56,593 bases of DNA from the NCBI GenBank assembly GCA_017558205.1, contig JAFYWD010000169.1, positions 1-56,593 on the forward strand. Reading direction: 5' to 3'. Shown piece after piece: positions 9,493-18,966 of the stretch. The DNA comes from Lachnospiraceae bacterium. Lineage in GTDB: Bacteria; Bacillota; Clostridia; Lachnospirales; Lachnospiraceae. The position numbers and the translations under genes are program-made. The number at the start of each line of letters is the position of its first letter. Within the stretch, counting starts at the first letter, position 1. The notes beneath the pieces are model-generated. The model had not been told where the DNA came from and made no database searches. It was given only the letters and a program-made list of their open reading frames with translations.

Positions 9493-10488
9493 CTATACCA
9501 GCTTATTTCCGCAATTGGAGCAGAAGTTTGCTCCATTGGCAGGTGTTCCGCAATTAGGACAAAATTTAGGTGCTGTACCTGTTCCGCTATTCTGCCCCAT
9601 AGGAGTCTGCTGCTGACCGTACATTCCCCCCATTTGCTGATTCATACCCATCTGCATCTGATTTACCATCTGCTGGCCCATGGCCATTCCCATCTGGAGA
9701 CCCACCATATCTGTAGCCATTGTTCCGCCGCTTCCGCCTTTTCCCATGGCATCTGCCATCGCCAGCTGCTGATATTTATTCACATCTCCTACCATAGCCT
9801 GAGCTGCTGCCTTTTCCTGCATCTTGGCAATTTCTTCCGGATAAGAAAAGCTTTCAATGGTAAAATTAGTAATGGCAATCCCCAGTCCGTTTAATTCATC
9901 ATTTAACTCCTTGCAAATTCCGTCTCCGATGTCTGCAGCATCCATCTGCAGATTAAACATATCTCTTCCGGCCTTTCCGATCCATCTCATCAATAAAGGA
10001 TTTAAGTCCGTCACGATACGTTCTTTTACATCATCTACACTGTAGGTCTGCTTAATTCCTGCCAGCTTCTCAATCAGCACATTATAATCTCCGATTTTAC
10101 AGCTGAAGGTTCCGAAGGCTCTGATCGGCATTCCGCCCGGAAGTCCCGGTGCCTGAAGATTAATTGCATTTTTAGTTCCCCATTTTACCAGAACTTCTTT
10201 GGTATTTACAAAAAGCACCTCTGCTCTTAAAGGGGTACTAAAGCCAAATTTAAAGCTCTTTAGGGTGGTTAAAAAAGGAATAATCTGAGATTCAATCTCA
10301 TAATTTCCTTCTTTTTCAAAAATACCCTCTACTGCTCCGTTATACAGAAAAATTGCATCCTGTCCCGGACGAACAATCAGTCTGGAATCTTTCTTAATTT
10401 CATCACTTTGAAATTTCCAGAACAAAATATTTTCATTAGATTCATTCCACTCAATTACACTGGCAAACTGCTTTGAAAAAAAGCCCAT
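9493..10488 (-). CDS. SPFH-domain protein with C-terminal zinc ribbon (B. subtilis YdjI-like, COG4260)
   Basis: Colinear with YdjI as recalled (SRLIVRPGQDAIFL, IIPFLTTLKSFKFGF, RAEVLFVNTKE, GLPGGMPIRA). It has a Met/Gln/Gly-rich linker and ends in CPNCG...CSNCG. Confidence 0.85.
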   Translation of the reverse strand: MGFFSKQFASVIEWNESNENILFWKFQSDEIKKDSRLIVRPGQDAIFLYNGAVEGIFEKEGNYEIESQIIPFLTTLKSFKFGFSTPLRAEVLFVNTKEVLVKWGTKNAINLQAPGLPGGMPIRAFGTFSCKIGDYNVLIEKLAGIKQTYSVDDVKERIVTDLNPLLMRWIGKAGRDMFNLQMDAADIGDGICKELNDELNGLGIAITNFTIESFSYPEEIAKMQEKAAAQAMVGDVNKYQQLAMADAMGKGGSGGTMATDMVGLQMGMAMGQQMVNQMQMGMNQQMGGMYGQQQTPMGQNSGTGTAPKFCPNCGTPANGANFCSNCGNKLV

Positions 10489-10594
10489 AATTACCCCTCC
10501 GTATTTTAATATCTTTGACCCTTTAGTCCAAAGGATTTTTTATATTATAGCATGCTTTCTTTTGGGAAAAAAGCTTTTCTATTTTATTTTCTTT

Positions 10595-11584
10595 TTATTT
10601 AATATTTGTAGTAAAGGAGGTATCTACCAGCTTTTCATACGGAGCCTTTTCTGTAATTACTCCGGCATCCAAAAGAATTGACTGAAGCAGTTCAAAGGCT
10701 TCACTTGTAAATACTAAATCCTGTTTCCAGCTATCCTGTTTTTGATATCTGTCTATAATTTTGGTAAGCGTAGCTTCTTCCATCTCTGAAAATTGTGGAT
10801 GAATAACTGTTGCAATTTCAGCCGGTGTATGGCTCTCAATATAATCCATTCCCTTTTTCAGGCCTTTGAGGAAGCTTTCTATTTTTTCGGGGTTTTCTTC
10901 CAGATAACTTTTTCTTGCACAAAAAGCAGTATAAGGTACATATCCTGATTCTTCTCCTAAAGAAGCAAGTACGTAACCGTCCCCCTTTTCTTCTAACGCA
11001 GTAGCATGGGGTTCAAACTCAACGGTATATTCTCCCTGCCCACCGGAAAAAGCTGCGGCAGTTGCCCCAAAGTCTATACTTTGATCCATTGCAAGATCTG
11101 TTTTAGGATTAATGCCATGTTGTTTTAACACATATTCAAATACCATCTGGGGCATTCCCCCTGCTCTTCCTGCCAGTACTGTTTTTCCTTTCAGATTTTC
11201 AAAGGTAAAGTTTTCCTCTGATACTCTTCCCACAACAAAATTTCCGGCTCTTTGTGTCAGCTGGGCGAAGTTTACCGCATAATCTTCCATTCCCCCCTGA
11301 TAGGTATACACAGTAGTTTCCGGTCCCATGAAACCAATATCGGCTTCCTTAGACAAAACCGCAGTCATTGTCTTATCAGCTCCAAAGCCGGTAACAAGAG
11401 TAACCTCTAAGCCCTCCTGCTCAAAATATCCTTCCTCCAATGCCACATACATGGGAGCATAGAATACAGAGTGAGCCACTTCATTCAAAATAATCTCACT
11501 TTTCGTTGTTTTCGCATCTTTGCAGCCGGTTAATCCCAAGATCAGAGTCAGCATACAAAAAGATGCCATCAGCTTTTTTTTCAT
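10595..11584 (-). CDS. ABC-type substrate-binding lipoprotein, NMT1/THI5 (SsuA/TauA-like) family; orphan
   Basis: Lipobox LTGC after the signal peptide, and NMT1-like fold motifs. No permease or ATPase gene is adjacent. Confidence 0.7.
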   Translation of the reverse strand: MKKKLMASFCMLTLILGLTGCKDAKTTKSEIILNEVAHSVFYAPMYVALEEGYFEQEGLEVTLVTGFGADKTMTAVLSKEADIGFMGPETTVYTYQGGMEDYAVNFAQLTQRAGNFVVGRVSEENFTFENLKGKTVLAGRAGGMPQMVFEYVLKQHGINPKTDLAMDQSIDFGATAAAFSGGQGEYTVEFEPHATALEEKGDGYVLASLGEESGYVPYTAFCARKSYLEENPEKIESFLKGLKKGMDYIESHTPAEIATVIHPQFSEMEEATLTKIIDRYQKQDSWKQDLVFTSEAFELLQSILLDAGVITEKAPYEKLVDTSFTTNIK

Positions 11585-11717
11585 TTTTCTCCTCCTAAAA
11601 TTTCTGATACTATATCATACGCTCCTTCCCCAAATTGTTTCCCTGATACCTGTCCTGTGTTACAATATCCCTGTAGAAACTATAATATACTCTTATTCCA
11701 ACCGGGAGGTAAATTAT

Positions 11718-12401
11718 ATGAGAATTTTACTTGCAGAAGACGAAACATCTTTAAATAAACTAATTACAAAAACCTTAAAAAAGAATGGTTATACGGTGGA
11801 CAGCTGTTTTGATGGTAAAGAAGCCCTTTACTATCTCTCCCACGCTGAATTTGATGCTGCTATTTTAGATATTATGATGCCGGAACTGTCCGGTCTGGAG
11901 GTACTGACTTTCCTCAGAAAACAAGGAAATTCTCTCCCTGTCTTATTATTGACGGCCAGAGATTCTATTGAGGACCGTGTTCTGGGACTGGACAGTGGAG
12001 CAAATGATTATCTGATTAAGCCCTTTGCCTTTGAAGAATTACTGGCAAGACTGCGCGTTCTTCTGCGAACTCCGGTTACAGTCCCTCTTACTTTTCTGGA
12101 ACTTGCCGATCTCAGGCTGGATCTTTCCTCCCGACGTGTTTTTCGAGGACAGGAAGAGATTACTCTGTCTGCCAAGGAATTCTCTCTTTTAGAATATCTG
12201 ATACGCAATGCCGGTATTGTTCTCAGCCGTGAAAAAATTGAACAACATATCTGGAATTATGATTTTGAGGGTGGTTCCAATGTGATTGATGTTTATATCC
12301 GTTATTTACGAAAAAAAATCGATGACCCCTACCCTTCCAAGCTGATTCATACAGTGAGAGGAGCCGGCTACGTACTAAAGGAGGTCTCCCATGACAATTA
12401 A
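11718..12401 (+). CDS. OmpR-family response regulator
   Basis: MRILLAEDE receiver domain plus a winged-helix Trans_reg_C domain (IHTVRGAGY). ATG 11718 has GGGAGG upstream. The ORF track extension from 11520 has no support. Confidence 0.9.
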   Translation: MRILLAEDETSLNKLITKTLKKNGYTVDSCFDGKEALYYLSHAEFDAAILDIMMPELSGLEVLTFLRKQGNSLPVLLLTARDSIEDRVLGLDSGANDYLIKPFAFEELLARLRVLLRTPVTVPLTFLELADLRLDLSSRRVFRGQEEITLSAKEFSLLEYLIRNAGIVLSREKIEQHIWNYDFEGGSNVIDVYIRYLRKKIDDPYPSKLIHTVRGAGYVLKEVSHDN

Positions 12402-13746
12402 AATCAAAATTACACTTTGGTACTCTCTCTTTATGACCTTACTGGTAGGACTTTCTCTTTCTCTCCTACTTTACTTTTCTGCTTCTACCATGTTTGCCAA
12501 TACCGAACAGAAGCTGAAAAATACAGTTAACCGAAGCTTTAAAGAAATTTCTTTTTCCCGGGGAGTACTTACCTATGATCCCGATTTTCATCTTATGGGC
12601 TTAGAAAAAGGTATCTATCTTTCCGTCTATGATGTTAACGGAAATTTCCTTTTTGGTGACTTGCCCGGCTACTATAACGGTTCTGCCTACCTGACAGCAG
12701 ATTGTCTGCAGGAAGAATATGATTTTTATACTAATTGGAAAATCTATGATAATATTTTTTCCCTGGAGGGATACGGTTCCATCTGGATAAGAGGAATGAC
12801 TTCCCAAACCTCTAAGGAAGGGTGGATGCAAATACTTCTTCAAAGCTGTATTTTTCTTTTCCCCTTTTTCATCATAATTGTTTCTGTTTTAGGTTACCAA
12901 ATTATTAAACATACCTTGGCTCCCTTGGATAAACTTAATCGACTTTCTTCTGAGATCAGTACCGGGTCTGATTTGTCAAAACGTACTAATCTTACAGCAA
13001 AAAATGACGAAATACACAGGCTGGCTCAAACCTTCGATCATATGATGGAGCGGTTAGAGCAGTCCTTTATACGGGAACAATCCTTTACTTCTGATGTTTC
13101 CCATGAACTGAGAACTCCTATTTCCGTTATTCATTCAGAATGTGAATATGCCTTAATGCCTGACTCTACTGAGGAAGAAAAAAAAGAAGCTTTGGAATCC
13201 ATTCTGAATCAAGCTCATCATATGACTTCCCTTACCACACAGCTTCTGCACTTAGCACGTTTGGAACAGGGGAAGCAACCAATTCAGCGGGAAGATCTCT
13301 GCCTATGTAAATTGATTAGGTTTGTCTTAGAAAGTCTAAAAGATTTTTCCGATAAAAAGAATATTCGCATTCATTTAGACCTTCCTAAGCTGCTTACTTA
13401 CCAGGCTGATAAAAATATGATGATACGTTTATTCACCAATTTAATAGATAATGCAATCCGCTACGGAAAAGACGGAGGAAATATTTGGATCAGCCTTTCC
13501 CAATATTCTGAAGAAATTACTGTAATAATAAAAGATGACGGAATCGGTATTCCTCCCGGAGATCTTCACAAAATATGGGACCGTTTCTATCAATCAGACT
13601 ATTCCAGAAATAAAAACCAAGGTGTGGGAAGTGGATTGGGTCTTTCTTTTTGCCGTAAAATTATAGAGCTTCATCAAGGCAGGATTTCCATAGCTTCTAA
13701 AATAAACGAAGGAACTGAATTTAAGATTATTTTTAAAAAATATTAA
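12391..13746 (+). CDS. sensor histidine kinase (2 TM, HAMP, HisKA, HATPase_c)
   Basis: H-box SHELRTPIS, N-box and G-boxes (DDGIGI, GLGLSF). Overlaps the regulator gene by 11 nt. Confidence 0.9.
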   Translation: MTIKIKITLWYSLFMTLLVGLSLSLLLYFSASTMFANTEQKLKNTVNRSFKEISFSRGVLTYDPDFHLMGLEKGIYLSVYDVNGNFLFGDLPGYYNGSAYLTADCLQEEYDFYTNWKIYDNIFSLEGYGSIWIRGMTSQTSKEGWMQILLQSCIFLFPFFIIIVSVLGYQIIKHTLAPLDKLNRLSSEISTGSDLSKRTNLTAKNDEIHRLAQTFDHMMERLEQSFIREQSFTSDVSHELRTPISVIHSECEYALMPDSTEEEKKEALESILNQAHHMTSLTTQLLHLARLEQGKQPIQREDLCLCKLIRFVLESLKDFSDKKNIRIHLDLPKLLTYQADKNMMIRLFTNLIDNAIRYGKDGGNIWISLSQYSEEITVIIKDDGIGIPPGDLHKIWDRFYQSDYSRNKNQGVGSGLGLSFCRKIIELHQGRISIASKINEGTEFKIIFKKY

Positions 13747-13836
13747 ATCATTAAACTTTTTAATCTTCCTTTAATCTTTTTATTTTATGATAGCAACATA
13801 CCAAAGAACAAAACAAAATAAAAGGAGAATATTAGT

Positions 13837-14553
13837 ATGAAAAAAAGAACTGTTATTTTATTAGCTTTATTAAGTATCACACTGGTAATAGAAGCATGCA
13901 ATCTGTTATCTCACGGAAAAGAAGGAAAAAGCAGTCCTCAAACCAATGTTACCAGGCAAACAGAAATTAACAGGGAAAGTCTTCCTGATGCTTCTAAAGC
14001 AGCTCCTGAAACCTTTGAAGGCTACATCGGCGAAACCAGGGCTCTGGAAATTGCATTAGCTCATGCAGGGATAGATAACTCAAGTCTTCTCTTTTCCAAA
14101 AGCAGTCTGGAAAAGGAGGACGGATATGTTATCTATGATGTGGAATTTTATGCCGACAATAAAGAATATGATTATGAAATCGATGCTGTCTCAGGAAATA
14201 TTCTGGTTTTTGATGCAGATATGGAATATGATTTTATTCCTTCTACTTCCCAGCAACCTGAAAAAACACCTGCTTCCAATCAGTCTGCTACTATTACAGA
14301 GCTCCAAAAAAATGATTCTGTTCAGGAATCCGGAAAAACTGCTTCCTCCATTACCTTAGATGCAGCAAAACAAATTGCCCTGGGCAAGGTTCCCGGTGCA
14401 ACCGATGAGCATATCCGAATTAAAGAGGATTACGATGATGGTCACCTGGTTTATGAAGGAAAAATTATCTATCAGCAAACTGAATATGAATTTGAAATTA
14501 ATGCTGCCTCAGGAAATATTACAGAATGGGATTCTGAATCCATCTATGATTAA
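13837..14553 (+). CDS. PepSY-domain lipoprotein (two PepSY repeats)
   Basis: Signal peptide with Cys (EAC), then two repeats of the PepSY pattern (YDVEFYADNKEYDYEIDAVSGNIL; YEGKIIYQQTEYEFEINAASGNIT). Confidence 0.75.
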   Translation: MKKRTVILLALLSITLVIEACNLLSHGKEGKSSPQTNVTRQTEINRESLPDASKAAPETFEGYIGETRALEIALAHAGIDNSSLLFSKSSLEKEDGYVIYDVEFYADNKEYDYEIDAVSGNILVFDADMEYDFIPSTSQQPEKTPASNQSATITELQKNDSVQESGKTASSITLDAAKQIALGKVPGATDEHIRIKEDYDDGHLVYEGKIIYQQTEYEFEINAASGNITEWDSESIYD

Positions 14554-14559
14554 CAATTA

Positions 14560-14612
14560 AAAAACAGAGGTTCCAATCCCCCGGTCTATAGGGTGTAGGA
14601 ACCTCTGTTTTA
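14560..14612. terminator. bidirectional terminator between the PepSY and DUF1836 genes
   Basis: 11-bp stem ACAGAGGTTCC/GGAACCTCTGT flanked by an A-run and a T-run. Confidence 0.75.
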
Positions 14613-14623
14613 ACTTTTTCATA

Positions 14624-15226
14624 CTATTCTTCTGCAGTGTCCGTAATTCCGTCCACCAGCTTTTCAATCAACATTTTTTTTACATAGACGTCAAAGCATA
14701 AGAGACAGATAAAGGAAAATGTCTGTAAATATTCCTTCCCCTCCTCCGGTGCATCTAAAAAAGTCTCTTCTGCGATTTGAAACTTCTCCAGTATATCCTT
14801 TCTTAATACTTCAATCTGATGCTCTTCTAATGAAAATACCTCCTGATAAATATCCTCCAAATCAAAATCAGGTCTGCAATTAAAATAATCCTTAGAAATT
14901 TTTTCTAAAATTGTACTTGTATCAGAAATAGAAAGAACTCCCTTAAAATAATAAATTAACAATAACAGCAATATATGATCCTTCGAGTATTTTTTCTTAT
15001 TGGGGGAGGGTAGAAGCTCAGATTTCGTATAATTATTAATCATAGTCTTTGTTAGAATTTTATCTTCCTTGGGACTGCGTATTAAATGCACCATTCTTTC
15101 ATTAATAAAGGTTAACACCTGATCCATATAAAGATCCACTGAAGGAATTTCCTCAGGTCTTACATAAGTAAGCTGATCTACTTTTTTCATAATTTCTGCC
15201 AAAAGCTCATCCATACTTTTTTTCAT
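14624..15226 (-). CDS. DUF1836 domain-containing protein
   Basis: 200 aa with LYMDQVLTFI...LTKTMINNYTK...KKKYSKDHILLLLLIYYFK, the pattern I associate with DUF1836. Confidence 0.6.
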   Translation of the reverse strand: MKKSMDELLAEIMKKVDQLTYVRPEEIPSVDLYMDQVLTFINERMVHLIRSPKEDKILTKTMINNYTKSELLPSPNKKKYSKDHILLLLLIYYFKGVLSISDTSTILEKISKDYFNCRPDFDLEDIYQEVFSLEEHQIEVLRKDILEKFQIAEETFLDAPEEGKEYLQTFSFICLLCFDVYVKKMLIEKLVDGITDTAEE

Positions 15227-15473
15227 GAAATTTACCTCTTCTTTTGAAGGAATTATTTTAATACGTTAGTTTCATATTATATAGTATGGAATACTACATA
15301 GCAAGTTGATATTTCTCTTTACTATTCGTAACATTTATTCTTTCTTCCCTTACTCTCCGGTAAATGATTAACCATAAATTAAACTTTTACTCTTTTATTG
15401 AAATTTTCTTCTTTACTTTAAAACTTTAGTATGTTAAACTACTGAAAGATAATAATTATGAGGAGGTTAAAAG

Positions 15474-15773
15474 ATGAACAAAAAACTTAAAAAAGATTCC
15501 GTAGATTTTTTATTTGAAGCTATTTTACAGTTAAAAGATAAAGCAGAATGCTACGAATTTTTCGAGGATTTATGTACAGTAAACGAATTGTTGTCCATGT
15601 CTCAACGCTTCGAAGTTGCATATATGTTAAAAGATCATAAAACCTACCTAGCAATTGCACAAAGAACAGGTGCTTCTACTGCTACCATCAGCCGTGTAAA
15701 TCGTTCTCTAAATTATGGAAATGATGGCTATGATTTAGTATTTTCCCGTATGGAGGATAAGAAGGAAAATTAA
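15474..15773 (+). CDS. YerC/YecD family TrpR-related DNA-binding protein
   Basis: 99 aa with FFEDLCTVNELLSMSQRFEVAYML...TGASTATISRVNRSLNYGNDGY, diagnostic of the YerC family. Confidence 0.85.
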   Translation: MNKKLKKDSVDFLFEAILQLKDKAECYEFFEDLCTVNELLSMSQRFEVAYMLKDHKTYLAIAQRTGASTATISRVNRSLNYGNDGYDLVFSRMEDKKEN

Positions 15774-15780
15774 GGTATTA

Positions 15781-15818
15781 AAAAAGGATAACCTAAGGTC
15801 AGGATATCCTTTTTTTAG
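15781..15818. terminator. bidirectional terminator between yerC-like and folA
   Basis: AAAAAGGATA ... TATCCTTTTT stem with flanking A/T runs. Confidence 0.6.
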
Positions 15819-15839
15819 TATCATTTTATCTGCTACCTA

Positions 15840-16331
15840 TCAATTATATTTTTCATATTTTACAAAGGCATAGATGGTATCAAAATAGCTTTGTTCTTCT
15901 GAAGATGCAGTAATCTTCCAGCCTTCCTCTTTATCAAGATTAGGAAAATAGGCATCTGCCTCATAGCTTCTGTCTATCTTAGTAACATGGGCCGTAGTAC
16001 AGTAAGGGAGCATTTGGCGATAAATACTTTCTCCACCAATAATATAAATCTCTTCCTTCCTGTATTTTTTCAATTCCTCCAATAATTCTTCTACGGAATG
16101 AACTACAATGGCATCCTTCACCTGATAATCCTTCCTGGTAGAAAGAATAATATTAGTTCTGTTTTTCAAAGGCTGTCCCCCCGGAAAAGTTTCCAGTGTC
16201 TTTCTTCCCAAAACAACAACCTTTCCTGTAGTTTCCTCTCTGAACATCTTCATATCTGCCGGTATGCGGATTAATAATTCATTTTTATATCCGATAGCCC
16301 AGTTTTCATCTACTGCTACAATAAGATTCAT
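15840..16331 (-). CDS. folA: dihydrofolate reductase
   Basis: MNLIVAVDENWAIG...GRKT...IIGG motifs. Start placed at ATG 16331 behind AAGAGGAAAG. Lies downstream of thyA. Confidence 0.9.
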   Translation of the reverse strand: MNLIVAVDENWAIGYKNELLIRIPADMKMFREETTGKVVVLGRKTLETFPGGQPLKNRTNIILSTRKDYQVKDAIVVHSVEELLEELKKYRKEEIYIIGGESIYRQMLPYCTTAHVTKIDRSYEADAYFPNLDKEEGWKITASSEEQSYFDTIYAFVKYEKYN

Positions 16332-16372
16332 ATTCTTTCCTCTTTCTGCCTGCTGTCTCACTTTCCCTTGAT

Positions 16373-17221
16373 TTAAATTGCAATGGGAATCTCTTTAATC
16401 TGTTCTCCGGTAATATAATCCTCCACCGATACATCATGTCTTGTAAACCGGTAAAAGTCCTTAATTTCCGGATTCAAATGAAATTTAGGTGCCGGATAAG
16501 GAGTTCTGGTAATCAGCTCCTTGATAATGGGAACATGCTTATCATAAATATGAGCATCGGCTATCACATGTACCAGCTCTCCTACCTTCATATCACATAC
16601 CTGAGCCAGCATATGAAGAAGTACAGAGTATTGAACCACATTCCAGTTATTGGCTGCCAGTACATCCTGGGAACGCTGATTTAAAATGGCATTTAAAGTT
16701 AGCCTATCCTCTCCCTGTTTTTGGGTTACATTAAAGGTCATACTATAGGCACAAGGGTAAAGATTCATTTCATGAAGATCCTGATGTACGTAAATATTTG
16801 TCATAATTCTTCTGCTGAAGGGATTATTCTTTAAATCATAAATTACCCTGTCTACCTGATCCATCATTCCTTCTTTGTATTGGTGCTTTACTCCCAGCTG
16901 ATAACCATAAGCCTTACCGATAGATCCCTCTTCATCTGCCCATTCATCCCAGATATGACTGTGAAGCTCCTTAATATTATTGGATTTTTGCTGCCAAATC
17001 CACAGCATTTCATCAGTAGCAGATTTTAAAGCTGTTTTTCTGAGCGTTAATAAGGGAAATTCCCTGGATAAATCATAACGGTTCACCACCCCAAATTTTT
17101 TAATGGTATAGGCACTTGTTCCGTCAGGCCATTTGGGTCTTACCTTTTCTCCTCTGGTATCTGTACCGTTTTCTAAAATATCTTTACACATATCTATAAA
17201 GATCTGATCTGCCAAGCTCAT
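16373..17221 (-). CDS. thyA: thymidylate synthase (ThyA type)
   Basis: 282 aa with LYPCAYSMTFNV around the catalytic Cys, plus the RSQDV and DAHIY motifs. Confidence 0.95.
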   Translation of the reverse strand: MSLADQIFIDMCKDILENGTDTRGEKVRPKWPDGTSAYTIKKFGVVNRYDLSREFPLLTLRKTALKSATDEMLWIWQQKSNNIKELHSHIWDEWADEEGSIGKAYGYQLGVKHQYKEGMMDQVDRVIYDLKNNPFSRRIMTNIYVHQDLHEMNLYPCAYSMTFNVTQKQGEDRLTLNAILNQRSQDVLAANNWNVVQYSVLLHMLAQVCDMKVGELVHVIADAHIYDKHVPIIKELITRTPYPAPKFHLNPEIKDFYRFTRHDVSVEDYITGEQIKEIPIAI

Positions 17222-17255
17222 TGTATTCTTCCTTTCCCTGTCCCTTTATCTGTAA

Positions 17256-17278
17256 CAGTTTGGCTTAAAGCCAAACTG
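17256..17278 (-). terminator. stem-loop between the MBL hydrolase gene and thyA (possible weak terminator or processing site)
   Basis: CAGTTTGGCTT/AAGCCAAACTG near-perfect palindrome. There is no clear U-tract. Confidence 0.3.
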
Positions 17279-17283
17279 CTATA

Positions 17284-18888
17284 TTATCTCTCCCACTTAT
17301 CACAAAGAGAGTTAATCTGATCTGCAAATTTTGCAAGATCCTTATTGGCTCCACCTTCATTTCTTCTAATAACCACAAGCAAGCGCTGTCCTGCAGCAAG
17401 CAATCTGGCAAATACACCGGTAGAAGGTTTGGCTGTCGGTTTCTTTTCCAATGCATGAGGTACAGCCTCTTCAATGATTGTATTTTCAATCACATCAAAT
17501 CTTGTACCGCTGTAAGGTGCATAGGCGGCAATATTATATTCATTTATCAGGCAGTCTGTAAATGCCTGGCACACACTATCCTCACCATGAACAACAAAAA
17601 CCTTTTCCGGTTTCTTTTCAAAGCCCTGGATCCAACGCAATAAGCCGTTTTTATCGGCATGGCCACTCATACCTGTTAATTTTTTTATATCTGCTCTTAC
17701 TTCAATATGCTCTCCGAACAGCTTCACCTCATCAGCACCCTCTACCAGGGTTCTTCCTAAGGTTCCGATGGCCTGATATCCTACAAACAAAATAGTACAT
17801 TCAGGTCTCCAAAGATTATGCTTCAGATGATGTCTGATTCGTCCGGCCTCACACATACCTGAGGCAGAGATAATTACCTTGGGACTTTGATCAAAGTTAA
17901 TAGCCTTGGATTCATCACTGGTGATGGACAAGCGTAAGCCCGGAAATGCTATGGGATTAATTCCCTGTTTTACCAGACTCATGGCCTCTTCATCAAAACA
18001 GCTGTAGATATTATGATGGAAAATGCCGGTAGCCTCTACTGCCAGGGGACTGTCAACATATACCTCAAAGCCCTCATGTCCCTGTATCATTCTTGCCTGC
18101 TTAATCTGTCTTATAAAATATAACATTTCCTGGGTTCTGCCTACGGCAAAGGATGGAATTACCACATTCCCGCCTCTGTCAAAGGTCTGCTGGATAATAG
18201 CTGCCAGCTCTTTTACATAGTCCGGCTTTTCCTCACTGTGATAACGGTCACCATAGGTAGATTCCATTACCACATAATCAGCCTCTTTTGTAAGGGCCGG
18301 ATCCTTGATTAACGGCTGATCCGTATTTCCGATGTCTCCGGAAAATACAATTTTCTTAGTAATCTCACCCTCGGTAGCCCAGACTTCAATACTGGCAGAG
18401 CCCAGCAAATGACCGATATCGGTAAATCTGATCTTTACATTTTCACAGACCTCCACGATTTTTTCATAGGCAACAGGAACAATTCTTCGAATAATTCCAT
18501 CTGCATCCTCCATGGTGTAAAGTGGCTGGGTTACTTCCATCTTGGCACTTCTTTGAGCCTTCCTGTTTTTCCACTCAGCTTCCTGCATCTGGATATGTGC
18601 ACAGTCACGAAGCATAATGCTACATAAATCTGCACTTGCTTCCGTCATCCATACCTGCCCACGAAAGCCCTGGGCAAACAGAAGAGGAAGTAAGCCGGAA
18701 TGGTCAATATGGGCATGAGTCAAAAGCACATAATCAATTTGTGCAGGCTCTACCGGGAGTTCTGCATTTTCAAAATAATTTACTCCCTGTTCCATTCCGT
18801 AATCCACTAAAAGATGAGTATCTCCTACTCTTAGATAATGACAGCTTCCCGTCACCTCATGAGCAGCCCCAATAAACATTAGTTCCAT
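17284..18888 (-). CDS. MBL-fold metallo-hydrolase with beta-CASP / RNA-specificity domain (RNase J/CPSF-like)
   Basis: HAHIDHSG motif II, beta-CASP motifs and the C-terminal H of the MBL fold. GGAGG is upstream. Confidence 0.8.
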   Translation of the reverse strand: MELMFIGAAHEVTGSCHYLRVGDTHLLVDYGMEQGVNYFENAELPVEPAQIDYVLLTHAHIDHSGLLPLLFAQGFRGQVWMTEASADLCSIMLRDCAHIQMQEAEWKNRKAQRSAKMEVTQPLYTMEDADGIIRRIVPVAYEKIVEVCENVKIRFTDIGHLLGSASIEVWATEGEITKKIVFSGDIGNTDQPLIKDPALTKEADYVVMESTYGDRYHSEEKPDYVKELAAIIQQTFDRGGNVVIPSFAVGRTQEMLYFIRQIKQARMIQGHEGFEVYVDSPLAVEATGIFHHNIYSCFDEEAMSLVKQGINPIAFPGLRLSITSDESKAINFDQSPKVIISASGMCEAGRIRHHLKHNLWRPECTILFVGYQAIGTLGRTLVEGADEVKLFGEHIEVRADIKKLTGMSGHADKNGLLRWIQGFEKKPEKVFVVHGEDSVCQAFTDCLINEYNIAAYAPYSGTRFDVIENTIIEEAVPHALEKKPTAKPSTGVFARLLAAGQRLLVVIRRNEGGANKDLAKFADQINSLCDKWER

Positions 18889-18966
18889 ACAAACACCTCC
18901 TCGATCTGAATCCGTTATCTAATTGTGAGATATCGAACTGTTTTTCTTGTTACTTATATTATACCA

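Noticed and set aside
9560-9720. Met/Gln/Gly-rich repetitive stretch (GLQMGMAMGQQMVNQMQMGMNQQMGGMYGQQQ) in the SPFH protein, considered as a novel prion-like or repeat feature
   Set aside because: B. subtilis YdjI, as I recall it, has an equivalent Met/Asn/Gln-rich linker before the zinc ribbon. It is a conserved family trait and not a local novelty.
11585-11717. Possible TPP riboswitch upstream of the THI5-like binding protein
   Set aside because: No CUGAGA / ACCUGAUCUGGAUAAUGCCAGCG-like core was seen on either strand. The spacer is also too short once the divergent promoters are accommodated.
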